Source: Klebsormidium nitens
Taxonomy: Eukaryota > Plantae > Klebsormidiophyceae
NCBI GenBank assembly: GCA_000708835.1
Contig: DF237081.1
Location: 62,001-126,000, forward strand
DNA length: 64,000 nt
Direction of reading: 5' to 3'
Below the pieces are notes generated by a model, which had not been told where the DNA came from, searched no databases, and saw only the letters and a program-made list of their open reading frames with translations. Each line of letters starts with the position of its first letter. Position 1 is the first letter of the stretch. A program made the translations under genes and the position numbers. This document shows, one piece after another, positions 1 to 12,258 of the stretch.

Positions 1-397
1 GCCATAACAGTAAAGAAACCATCGGTTTTCAATGAGAAATTCATCGCCAGGAGGGTGGGACATTCTTTTCGAACTAAGGAGGATCAAGATTGACAACTGA
101 GAGACGGTGAGGCTAAAGCCTGTGGGGGGAGGGAGCTGCAAAGATTAGGGAGGGGGGCATGCAGAGGGGACAACCACCCAGCTAAAAGGGCTCCCGAGCA
201 GAAATCCAAGTGAAGTTTGGCTGCATATCTCAGGTGCCCAAAAGCCTAAACCTGTTCCTTATGACCCCAATATGATCTCAAGAGTTTTCCGCCAACTTTC
301 CTGGACATTGGATCCACCAAACAAGGCCTTGAAGTTTAGCAGAATGGCTGGGAAAAGTGACAGGTGTCAAATTTGTTGCAATCAAAACCTCATATTA

Positions 398-500
398 GGG
401 GCTCCACCGCTTATGACCGGCCGAATTTTGGTATATAGGTAGGGGATGGCCCCTATAAGACGCCTACAAAATTTGGTATAGGCATACGCGGTGGAGCCCC
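398..500. mobile_element. ~100-bp MITE-like element in intron 1 of the LIMR gene
   Basis: Terminal inverted repeats GGGGCTCCACCGC(T/G)TATG at 398-415 and 483-500 (1 mismatch); a diverged copy lies at 48749-48850; no clean TSD. Confidence 0.65.
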
Positions 501-1461
501 AGATCTGTGCTCGCTACGATTGCCATTTTATTTGCCTGGGTGGTTGCCCCCTCTGGGGGCATGTTGACCAAGAAAACATAAGCTCCATGAAAGGGGGGTT
601 GGCTGGTCAAGCGCATTTGTATTGGAATGGGGGAGAGCTTGGTCACAGGAAAGCAGTAAGGTTGACAGCTTAGGAAGGGGGGCCGGAAGCATGTGTTGGC
701 AGGAAGTATGGAGGGAGTTTGAAGTGGGGCGGTGGGAAGGGGTGGCCAGGGCTGGGGTAAGCAGAAAACGTGAGCCCAGGTGTCCTCAACTACAGCAGGT
801 GCACTATTTCAGTTTCTCATGAGCTGCCGGAGAAAATCGCATTGCTCATCAAAAATTCTTCCTCGTCTAACAATGGCAAGTCAGCTTGCTTGGGCCCCCA
901 ATCTGCGCAAAGCGCCTCTCAACCAGGCCTATGCTTTCTTTGTCGTCCAGGAGACTGCCTCGCACTCCACAATGGTTCAATTCGAGCTTAGCACACAGCT
1001 GAGGCCCGGTGACCACAGGGCTGATTAAGTCTGAAGAACGACCAGTGTCAACCAGAAGCACAGGGATCGGCCCTCCATGCAAGTGTGCAACCTCTTCAAG
1101 AAGTTGCAGCTCAAGGTCATATGTGTCTCGGTTGAGTACACCCAAAATTTTCTTCTGCAAATGACTGGCTGAAACTGCTGTTGATGTATACTGAAGCACA
1201 AAGGGTTTGAGCAGAGGAAGTCGGGTTGTTGCCCCTGAATTGCTGGGGTGTATCTAAAATGGGCCTTCCACTAGTCATTTGAAGATGCAGAATGCTAATC
1301 TAGATCAAATTGTTCCAGCAGAGTGGCGCTCCGATGCAAGCACAAGCGATTCAAAAAACAGATATTGGCGCCAGTCTCCTGCTTGATTATTGCTTCATAA
1401 TTTAGGGTTTGCTGACTATGCAATGGATGCAGGAGACAGATCTTGAGGAACGAAATCTTAC

Positions 1462-1599
1462 CACAATAAACTTGGGAAAGTAGGCCTGATTCCTGTCATC
1501 TGGATGCTGGTAGTTGATCAGCACATAGATGTTGATGACAACAACCAAAACGGATATGATCACCGCCAAGACTATAAGGAAAACGCTGAAGTCCGACAT
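1462..1599 (-). CDS. LIMR/LMBR1-like membrane protein, exon 1 (remaining exons lie left of the window)
   Basis: MSDFSVFLIVLAVIISVLVVVINIYVLINYQHPDDRNQAYFPKFIV matches the plant LIMR N-terminus (NYQHPDDxNQAYFPK); donor GTAAG at 1461. Confidence 0.85.
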
Positions 1600-2537
1600 G
1601 GTGCCTCGTACCTAGACAGTGACTGTTCTAATTGATTGAAGGGTGCACCGCTGCAATACAACAGCTTCAACTGACTGTGATGGAATCACGCAACCCCAGG
1701 CAGTAACCTTAGGTTTAACTCAATCAACCTGCTGAAGCGGTCTCCCTAATTGCAACCCTTCTGCGCCCATCACCAAGAGAGGGCACATCGCAACTCATTA
1801 CCTACTTTCATAAATAGCAGCCCTAAGCGCTACAAAGCTCCACAGCTTGTAGACGCATGCTCCTGCGACCCCATCAATGCGCCATCATCTGGCTGCGCAG
1901 TAGCTGCGCTTTCTTTTTCCTCGCGATCCAACTGCAACTTTCAATTTGGCGCTTCTCTTGTATTTTACGTTAGAATTTTCTTCGCATATTTGTAAAATTT
2001 TGTTATCACCCGGTGAAGTTTTGCTGCATCACGTCGATGCGGCTTGCCGCTTCGGCTTCCTCCCAGGTTGAGATGCCGTCGACGACTCGACGGGACATTC
2101 GGAAGACTTAATATCTGACCGGGGCGTGATTACAGTGCTGTATTTCGATATGAAATCGGATTGGCGTATGTCTATGCGCGCGCATGTCCGTTGCTTCAAG
2201 TCCTGAACTTCGTTTCTCTGAGTCTTCGTCAAAACCAAAGGGTGAAAAAGACCTGGAAGAGTTACAATCAAAGGAGCCATCATAGTACAACCCCCGTACA
2301 ACCCGCCTCGCTCGAATCCCCTTCTCGCCTCCTAAGGTGTGTAACTGAAGACGAGCTGTGGATGATGTGGTCTGCCGGCTAGCGTTTGCCTGCCTAGCCA
2401 GCCCTTTGGTTGTGGAGTGATTGTGCCTTCCGCTTCGACTACACCTAATCACTCAATGTAGGTTTCCAGAAGGTTAAGCGGCCTGCTTTTAGAAGAGGTG
2501 CTTGCTTATTTACCTTTTCAACACAATTTCACATTAG

Positions 2538-4142
2538 ATGGTGAAGAAAAAGGGGCGAGCGTCCGAGCGGTCGCTCATCTGCGTGATCCAGGCCCTGGTG
2601 GGGATGAAGGTCCTGGTTGAGCTGAAGAATGACGTCACGGTCAAGGGCGTTCTGGAGGAGTGTGACCTTGGGATGAAGTGAGTGGTGACCTGCTTTCTGC
2701 CGGTATGCTCGGCAGTAGGACAGAGGTGAAAAAGATGTGAGGGCCTCTGCACTGTTTCTGTCAGCGGCTCTGGTGAAGGAGTACCAGAGCAAAATGCTCA
2801 ATTACGCGGATGGATCAGGTTGTTTCCGTAAGAACTTCACGTCTCTTGTGGAGCTTGATCTGGAACACGAGGGTGTACTCGTCTGACGGTGGATGCTTCA
2901 TTCCTGCTGCTTGTGCTCAAGATTAAGTCAAGCACCCTTGAATGCTTTGAATGCATTAGTTTGCCGGTGTCAAGTTGTTCTGATCACAGCGAGAAGATGT
3001 GAATGCTCGCCCTTCTGATTCTTTACAGTATTGTCATCAAAGATGCTATTCAAGAGAACCTCCAGGTGCGTGCAACCTCATCTTTGCGGTGCAGCTTGCT
3101 CACCCCTTGCTTCTGATTAGCTGCAAAGGCTACAAACTGGAGATTGCATCGACTGTACCACATACGACTCCTTCATGCCCTCTCTACATGCCAGTTGTCT
3201 ATGTCCTTTTGTTGCATCATGCATATACCCCAGGTTTAGCATCACCAAAACTGTTGCACAATGTTGTTTGTTGGTTTTTACTTTTCCTAGGAGCTCATGT
3301 GCAGTCTGAATGTTCACAAAGTTTTGCACTGACGCACCTTTGAGAGTGCAGAGACTTGTCATAAGGCTTGATCGGACTTGCTTTCTCTCCAGGGAATCAA
3401 GACCGAGTTAGCGTTGATGTTCATCCAGGGGAGGAGGATCCGCTTCATTCACATCCCCAAGTCCGTCAATGTTTCAGACGCTGTAGAAGCACAGGTATGC
3501 TTTTGTCAGAAGGGTCTTCATTTTGAGCTAAGACAACAGCTTTCTCTTCAGTTTGGCACAAGAGCCCACCCAGGTAGAGCATATTTCCCCCTTTCTCTGG
3601 CGCAGAAAGTTCGAAACTTCTTCACATGGTCTTCCATCAATTCCCGGACTCGTTTTTGACAAACCAGGTCCGTAGAGTAGGAACTGCTAATTCTTATGTG
3701 CCCTCTGGTTCCAGTTGAAACTACCGTTTGGAGCAAGTATCTGCTTCAGCTGCTTCCAGTGACCGGTTGACAAAACTCAAACTCGAAAGCAGTGTGTCTT
3801 GTAAGTCGTACCGCATTTGCAGTACTCAAAAAGCTTGTCTGTTTTTTTCCGGAAAATAAAGTCGGAAGCACGCAGTCTTGTTTCCTCGTCTTAGTTTGTT
3901 GTCAGCAGGAAGAGCTGCAGGGTTTCTTCCGCCACACGCACTTATGAGTAGACATGAACAAACTTTGAATATACGGAGAAAGGGCAAGTCTTGTTATCAA
4001 GACACTAAGGATGTGTTTGCTTCAGAGGGAGCGCATCCGGAAGGCAGAAGTGATGTATACACAAGCCATGGGAGGTCCAGGGGCCTCATCGAAACGGAGA
4101 GAAAGCGGTATGGACGACCAAGCCGGACCCAGCCAGATTTGA
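2538..4142 (+). CDS. LSM10: U7 snRNP-type Sm-like protein LSm10 (4 exons, 131 aa)
   Basis: Exons 2538-2677, 3029-3065, 3393-3494, 4026-4142, phases consistent. SERSLICVIQALVGMKVLVELKNDVTVKGVLEECDLGMNIV...MFIQGRRIRFIHIPKSVNVSDAVEAQ matches LSM10 (SENSLIILLQGL...FVTGRNVRYVHIPDDVNI) better than SmD1/LSM2. Confidence 0.8.
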
Positions 4143-5539
4143 CCACTGGTTATCTTCCTTCTACGCTTAGACATGTTTGTGTGGTCCCTTCCTTGTCATT
4201 CTTTCCTACCCCAAATAATCAGAAGTGTTGCAGTGTTGCTAACGCACAAAGTCGTGTGCATTCGTTAAGGTCACAGAAGCGTGGCACTTGCACAAAACCA
4301 CAGTTCGTCGCCGGTACTCCTGTAAAGTTAAGCAACACTGGGAATGATCACAACCATGGTATCATTCGGTACCTTCATTCCTTGACGGATCACGTGTCAA
4401 CTCTACCAGTCCCGCTGCAATACAGTCACATCATTGTTGTGGCACCTAGAACATGGAATGCTTTGGTAATGCACAGATACTGCAGCGGAGGCAACATATC
4501 TTAGTGGTGTATGAGCCTGCAAACAGTTTGGGACGCCATGCATAGCCACCATGATTGCAAGGACGCAATAATTTGCATCAGGCATTGCACGCCTGATTTT
4601 CTTATTGTATCGATCATGCGCGCCTACCGTACTGGTATGGCGCTGCTCCATGCGCATGCGCTATCGTACATGTGCGCAGCTCGCCTGGCCGGTAGCATGC
4701 AGTGATTGGCAGCGCTGATGTTCTCTTTTCAAACGCCGTAGCCACATGGGCCATAGGCTTCCATGGCATACATGGGATCGATTGTTTGGATCTTGAACGT
4801 CTAGCTACCTAACCAAATCAAAGTGCGTACACTGAATTAGTCACCAAACCTAGTCTAACAACAGCTTACCGGATTACAACTAAACTTGCCAGTGGCGTGC
4901 TAGTCAAAGCAACCGTGACTCCGCTAGCTACTTGTCGCCTCCGGGCAATCTGTTGGAACTAGGATTCGCACTAATCTGATCCTTACTACTGCTCACATGC
5001 ATATGATCGGCTATAGCTGCTCACCTATGATGTTATACAGATTCAAGCATGTGATGCACAATAAGTTCGCCTGTTGCACATGACCGTTTGCATGCATGGC
5101 ATGCCTGCAAACCAGATATGGCCACAGGGGAGACGGTTGCATCTCAATGATTCAGTGCAATATTGCGCAGTCTGACGATCTGGCGCGGCATCATCAGATT
5201 TGTCACCATACTATGGTATGATACCAATCGAGGTCAGCGTGCTCCCTAACCATTGCATATCCATGGCGGCAATCAAACAAATGAACCACCTCGTGAGTCA
5301 GGGGGACCGAAGCTCTGCACTGAAAAGCCTCGCTCAGTCTCGGGCCTACAAAGGGCCAAAGCAATCCTGTTCAAAAGCAAACCTAAGGCCCATCAAAGGA
5401 AAGAGTTCTGTGACCGCGTCTGCCTAATGTATGAGCCTAGGCCGTAGGACAAGAATGTGATCGATTCCGCAAGGCCGTCGTTAGTCTCGGAGCCCCGACC
5501 TATTGCAACGCTCTCCCTCTGGCCCTTTGAACGACCGTC

Positions 5540-8500
5540 TTACCAGACAAACTCTCCATTTGCCTGCGCCAAGGAAAACATATCTCAGATTGTTGCTAAA
5601 CTTCAATTTCAGATCTAGCATCGTCGACTCACTGCTTTTACGAAAAGCAGATATGTGAGACGAAGGTTTTCCGGAAAGGTGCAAACCTGCTCAAAGTGGT
5701 GGACAGAGCAAAGAAGCAAATGCTACTTACTAACCACTCCCTTTCTTAAGCTTGGCTTGTGGGTTGCAGCAACCTCGCAACTACTCCTTACATTACTAAG
5801 CGACTCTGCTCCCACTCCAATGGCACACTTCCTTTACAGGCTTGGTTTTTCAAGCGAAGGAACACACACAGTTACGGAAAGAGGCGCAGCAGAGGGAGCG
5901 GAGGAACGAAAAAGTAGAGCGAGTGCCGAAAGTCCACCACCCACCTTGTTGAAAAGAATGTCCCTTCCGTTCAGCTTGATCACGCCCTCCTTGAGCGTGC
6001 ACTTCCACTTGTTCTTCGACCGAGTCACCTGCAATCGGACCGTTGCAAACGTCAGCCACCCAGGCCTAGACGGCACCGCTGACGTCAGCTGGAATGCAAA
6101 CCCCCCTTTGCTCACGCTGACGTCATCGGAGGCTTAACGGAACAGCGAGCACAGAGGAAAGATCAGGTGGTCGCAAGCGTGCCCTGGCTGAAAGAACGAC
6201 GACTTTCTCTCGAATAAAAAAGGCCTTCTTGACTTGTAGGTCCTCTTTCGCCGTTTGCTGTCCATCTCTCATGGTCCAAATCAAAACAATACAAGATTCA
6301 TTAGAGTGCTTAGGCTGAACAGGTTTCTTCTACGACAATATGATCACGTTTGAAATGTCAGCTGACGATCCTTCTTGCCCCGGAAGCTGCATTTAACAAA
6401 AGTTTTGGACTCTCCATCACCGTCCTTGGAAGAGCCACCTTCTCGACCTTCTCAGAGTTGGTCTAGCGACGGCTCAAATGGTCAAGTGGCGCAATTCGAT
6501 CATGCTTTTTGGGGGCAGAAAAAGCCTCAGAACGTCATCCCAAAAGGTAACCCATTTCTTCCCTCGAACCTTGCCAACAAAAAGAGCAATAAAAATCTCA
6601 AGAGTCGCCGAGGGTACCCTAATGGTACGTCACTGACGTGCTCCGAACGGGAGGACGTCCTGTTTTCGAACGGCGCCAACACGTCGATAGACTCCACCTA
6701 AGTGTATCTCTTGGAAATGAGATAATCTGGCAAGAACGAATCTACAAAAGGAAAAAAGCATGAGCCCCTGAAAGCTGATGGAACGTTGCAATCGGCGTAC
6801 AGAGGCGTCAGGTTTACGCCAACACGAAGTCTATTACATCGTTCAAACGCCATCAAATCTTATAGCAACATTCGCCGGCGACGTTGAACCGGAAGCCTGA
6901 CGTTGTCTGATCGAATCTGAGACGCCACGAGTAGATAAAGCAACTAGTGGAGATCAACGGGGATGCGTGACGTCACCTTCTCGAACTGCGCCAACACGAT
7001 GTTTGCGGTCGCCTCCGCTTCGTCGTCCTCCTCTTCCTTTTGCTCCTCCTCGTCATCGAGCTCGTTCAAATCATCCTCCTCGGCGCCCGCCACCTCTAGT
7101 TCCTCCAAAGCCCGCACCTCCTCTTTCACTGTGATGAAAATTAAGACGAGATGTTCAAAAAAGGGCTCTACCGCATATCTATGCCTTGAAACTTGAGGTC
7201 TTCTGGAAAAGTTAATCTATGTCCAAGCTTACTCCAAGTCGTCTTCCTCGCCGCCCCGCCACCTCTAGTTCCTCCAATGCCCGCACCTCCTCTTTTACTG
7301 CAATAACTACCAGGAAATAGAAGTTCAAAAGTGGGCTCGTCCGATGAAACTTGTGTCTTCAAGGTCAAGTCTTCCAGAAAAAGCAAATGGTGTTAGTGCT
7401 CGTTCAGATCGTCCTCCTCGCCGCCCGCTACCTCCAGTTCCTTCAAAGCCCGCACCTTTCGGCAGGACATAGGTGTTCAAAATTGGCTCTTTCGGATGGG
7501 CCTTACAAGTTGTTCTCAAGTCTTAGACTTGTAGTCTCCTGAGATGAGTGATGTTCACACATATTTTGGGCCGTCTTCCCCGCCCAGTGTCACCTTCATT
7601 TCTCCCAAAACCCAAACCTCTCCGTTCATTGCAATCTGTAGCAAGACGAGTGGTATTCACACGTAGGCAGTTTTGGGTGATTCTCTGTCACACATTTTTT
7701 GTTACAGTGAAAGGTATTCGCTGTGTCTGAACGCGTTCGAAAGGTTATCCCCGCCCAAGTCCAACTCTAGTACGGTATCTTCAAAGCCCGCAAACCAAGC
7801 AAAGAAGGCAAGTCTATTGGAAAGTACTACATTCAGCAAAAAGTCGTAGAAATTTGTGTTTTGAAAATGTGTGGAGAAGAGTAAGACAAAGCACTTCGAG
7901 TGATGCAAGCGATATCCTCTTTCACTGCAATGGTCAGCTGGGAATAAGTGTCACAATCTTTCCAACATAGAAAAACATTCACGTTTTTACCAACAAGGGG
8001 GGTTGCTTAGCTTACCGAGAGCAAGCTCGACTCGACGAAAACAGCTCGAGGAATAGAGCTCGCAAAACCACGAAGTCTAAAAGAGCTGAAGACGAATCCA
8101 GACGAGAAAACTCGTAACGACACTCCCGAACTCGTCCTCGAGATTTGTCAGCGACGCTCAGAAGAGGTACTCGAAGGATCTGGACTCAAAAGTGCAAAAT
8201 ACAAGAGCTTGACAGATCCTGCGAAAAAGAAAAACGATCGACGAACCCTCAAAGCCCTCTCCTCATCCTCCTTGTTACTGTCTCCATTCTTCGCCCAGCA
8301 CACAACACAAGCTTGACACAACCGGATCCGGTAAAGTGGAACAATGTGGAAATACTCGACAAAACCACACCAAAGTACAAAGCACTTCCAATGAACGCTC
8401 AAAAACCGTAAACCCGCACCTTCTGGCGGCTTCTCCGGCTCCTCCTCGTTGTAATCTTCCTCATCGTCCTCGTCGCCCCCCCCGCCCCCTCGTATCCGCA

Positions 8501-11007
8501 ATCCGTCCGACCCCACCGTCACGCCAACGGACGGAACGGATGCGGACGCTAAGCCGTCCGCAGCGTTTTCTAGGCCGGGCCCGAGCTCGGAGAGGCGCCT
8601 CCGCTTGACGTCTTGGAGGCCCTGCAGGCGTTGTGTACGCTTTCAGAGCCTGTGGTATGCAAATATGAGGGTCTCTTGTCCTGAAAATCCTTCGCAAAGC
8701 TCCTTCGTCTGCAGAAGTCAAAGCATGCCGCGCTCCAAAGTGAAAGAGATAGTGCCGAGGTGATTGTAGGAGGGTGGGGTTTCTGTAGCTGATGATCTGT
8801 CTAGGCCTCCGTACCGGCTCGTGTGTATTCTACTGTGCATGCTGTCGTGCCATTCAAAGTGTCAAGTCGTACTCGGAACCCTTCTACAGTAGGAGACCCT
8901 TCAAAATTTTCTTGGCACAGGGCTTTGAGGAGATCCAACGGAGTTTGAGGTGACACCAACACGGAGCAGTTTGTTTTTTGTTTTATTTTAGTTTTTGGTG
9001 TTTTTTTTACAAGCCTTCCTCTAAACCAACCATTCCTGAAAAGTCTGCGGAAGCTGGTACTTGGAAACGCACCTCGTTGGCAGACGTAGACGGCTTGTCC
9101 TCCCCCCCAGCAGCGCTGCTGCTAGCTTCGCCCCTTCCCTGCGCCCATTTACGACCCCGTCAGACGCAAGCGACACCTTCTCTGAAGCACTTCGAGTACT
9201 ACCAGTTTTGTCCAAGCTTCAAGAGCATCTGAGGGGCAACTCCAGAAGTATGTCAAGAGGCTTTGGAGGGTGCATCTTAAACCAGTGAGGCCTGAGAGAC
9301 CTGTGATTTGTCCTGCTCTTTGACAGGAATGTCTCGAGCAGTGAGCTGCAAATTGAAGAGAATGAGTGCAACAAGTTCGTCTTTTTCCTTTTGGAGTGGG
9401 CCTTTGAAGCCAGGTAGAAGGGGGCTTCTTGGATCCAAAGTGCAACACATGGGCAAGTTCAGGAGAAAACTTAACAGTCAGGGCGAACTTAGGCCGGCTT
9501 ACAGCATCTAGAATGTTTAAGTTTATGAAAGCAAACAACCTGGCAGGAAACCTCTTTCCTACAAAGAAACCAACTGAAGAGGTACCCTGGGGCACAATCA
9601 GGGCGTCATTGATTCTGTGCCTCGAAGATTCTTATATTGATTGCCTTTGCTCCTATTTGACCAAGTAAATTGGCACCAAAGACTCTGGCACAGACTCTAC
9701 TGGCACGCGGAGACGGACTCAAGACCTTAGAGAGTTGCCAAACAGCCTTGACGACAGGCACTCTGCAACATAACAGAAGCAGGGAAACTGACCTTCACAA
9801 GTTTGGGGTGGGTTGGAAAAGATGACAGCAGCTCAAACTAAACCTGTCACCCCCCCTACTACTCAACCGACAGGACAACCTGTGACCAACCATCCAGACA
9901 ATTCAAGATTCATTCAGGCTGACCACAAAATGTGAGGCAAAGACTTACAGAGTGTGGAACAGAGACATATTCTTGAGTCGGCAGGTCCGGTGGAGGGGGG
10001 TAGTTGAGGTCTGTTGGAAAGAAGGCGTTCTGGGGAGGGGCTTCCAGGGCTGCTTGGACGGGTTTTTCCTCAACCAGCACCCCTGCTGGCTGGATTGCAT
10101 TCGTCATGAGGAGCTTATTCTCCCACATCTGTACGAAGGAGGAAAGAGGAAGAGATTGTCGATGGATGAAGAAATTCAATTACAAATGAAAGGTTTTGCC
10201 CTCCTGAGGAAGGAGTTCAGATACAAAGGAAAGGGTTTGCCCTCCTGAGGCTCAACAATGAGTAGAAACAGACCAAGCGATGAAAAGACACTGTGGGGTC
10301 TCCAGGATGTCAAATCTGAGTATTGATCCGCTTGATCATGGGCCCAAGAAATTCACAAATGGTGACGTTTTTCTATGAGAATCTAGAAGCAGGAAGCGGC
10401 GCGCCAAAATATGGATTGCATGCATTTGACATGGCCGTAAGAAGGCTATAAGCTGCCAAAGACTCCTGGGCAAGCACCAAAATACAGTCTTTGTTTCAGA
10501 CACTGACTGACTGTGATGTCTTTCCTGCTCCCATTGCTACACTACAGAAAACCAAACCCTCTTGAGATGCAGCTAGTGCCAAGCTGCCTCATTGCTTCAT
10601 TCTGTGGCTGACCACTTCCTGTTAATGAAACTACTAAACACCAGCTGATGCAAGGTTTCCCACTTACATAACAATCTCAGCAATCTAAGAGGTGAGTTCA
10701 GGTGCGAGGATTGCAGCGGACACAAGTGCTGAATGCCTTGTGATACTGGGAGCAGGTTTACTAGAGTACTCCAGCTCCCAGCCTGAACAAGATAGGCAGC
10801 GCTTTTCTCAGGAGTGCGGCCATCACATGCACATTATGGAGTGTGGAGAGTAGAATGTGGTGTAAAGGTTGCAGATGTGCAGAAGCGCACCATTCGCAGT
10901 TCGTCCAGGACGCGCTCGTCCGCTCCCTCAGCCTGAAAGTCAGCCCTTGCTTTCTCCAGGACTTCATCAATGATTCCCCGGTATACAGAGAATGTGTGTC
11001 CCTCCAT
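5540..11007 (-). CDS. TFIIA-L: Transcription factor IIA large (alpha/beta) subunit, 7 exons
   Basis: N-terminus VYRGIIDEVLEKARADF..VLDELRMMWENKL (10891-11007, 9949-10128), acidic linker, C-terminus NIVLAQFEK|VTRSKNKWKCTLKEGVIKLNGRDILFNK|ANGEFVW* (last exon 5540-5563). Confidence 0.93.
7078..7800 (-). repeat. Tandem degenerate copies (~170-bp period) of the acceptor and 5' end of a TFIIA exon, inside the upstream intron
   Basis: Motif gcccgccacctctagttcctccaaagcccgcacc at ~7085 (real exon), ~7255 and ~7425; more decayed copies at ~7575 and ~7750. Confidence 0.8.
10181..10250. repeat. Short intronic tandem duplication (41-bp period)
   Basis: tacaaa(t/g)gaaagg(t/g)tttgccctcctgagg at 10181 and 10222. 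Confidence 0.8.
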
Positions 11008-12258
11008 TGTGAGCTGGAGCTTGAAGGGTTGATCAACACAGAGAGCAGGTCAGAGGGGAAACCCTTCAAACTAGAAGAAACCTTTGAGAATAGGGGAAAT
11101 CCCAGTGAAACAGACCCAAATGGAGTCAGACTTTGTTGATACACTTCAACAAACTGGAGTTACACTGGGGTTTCTTTGCAGTGCTGCGCAGAATTGTGCA
11201 TCAGGCGAATGAGCAGCGCCTTGGTTGCGCCAGCTCACAAGGAGTTCCCAGGCTTGAAGAAGGAAAGATCAAGCTTAGGAAAGACCTACAGGCTGCTTTG
11301 GGAGCGAAGGCAGACGACCTGGCCCCAGCAGAAGGCGCCTGTGGAACACGAGGCGCCTGTTCGCTTCGTGTAGCCAGTGTGTCAAGTGAGGACGCACACC
11401 TCCTCTTTTATACTGAAACCCTATCCTCGTTAGGAGATCAGGTTTAAACGAGGAGGTTGAGGCCCCGTTTGCCCTTCTTCCCAAACTTCCCCGAAGTTTC
11501 ATCATGAGCAGACTTCCACAGGTCAAAACAAACAAGGCCTTTCTGGTTGGACATCCGAAAAGCACGTGAACCGTAGATGAGCTTCTCAATGAATGTGAAC
11601 CGTTCTGTTTCTTGGTCAAAATCTGGGTTCTGGACTCCAGGTTATGGTTAGCATGCAGCAGGGAGGAAGGTGACGAGGTGATCAACACGGTAGGTACACA
11701 GGGAAAGGAGGGGAAGAGCTTTTGTAGGGAGGGGGCGGAAGGACACGGCTCGCAGGCATTGCATTAGGCAGGGACCACACTTCATCTTAGCTGGCATCGG
11801 CAGTGCAGGGAAGCTTGTGCAAAACGCTCACCAGGGTGATTTTTTCTCTGCAAATCAGGGCAGTTTTGAGAGATATTTGCCTCGTGTGTTGTCTTCAGGT
11901 TCCGTGAAGTTTGTGATTACAACCAGTCAATCTGATCGCAGGCCTTCCTCATTTGACCGATGATTAGCATTTGAGAGTTACTAGGCAGGGCTCAGGAGGT
12001 TGTTTTGGAAGAAAGCCCATTCTGCAACTTGCGTTGCACGCAAGACAGACATCCCTCCATTGTTGCGACTGGACAAAGTCGCACTTGTACATTACATTAG
12101 TATTTATGCAGATTTCTAGAAAGGCTAAGCAACCAGTGTCTCATTAGCAGCGTGTTCGATTAGCGTCAGGGCACAAGTAGCCGGGGCTCAGCCAGTCACT
12201 GCCAGTCCTTCGCAGACAACTGAAGCAGGAGATCACTTCAAGGACTGTTTGATCCGCG

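Noticed and set aside
780-1200. Possible degraded copia RNase H fragment in the LIMR intron (KIALLIKN; AYAFFVVQE..VQFELSTQ)
   Set aside because: Similarity is weak, split across frames with stops, and there are no LTRs or RT motifs.
1945-1952. E2F-like TTTGGCGC in the LIMR/LSM10 promoter
   Set aside because: An 8-mer is expected about twice by chance in this window, and another copy lies in a TFIIA intron.
8965-9010. T-rich tract resembling a retroelement poly(A) tail
   Set aside because: No TSD and no LINE/SINE body next to it.
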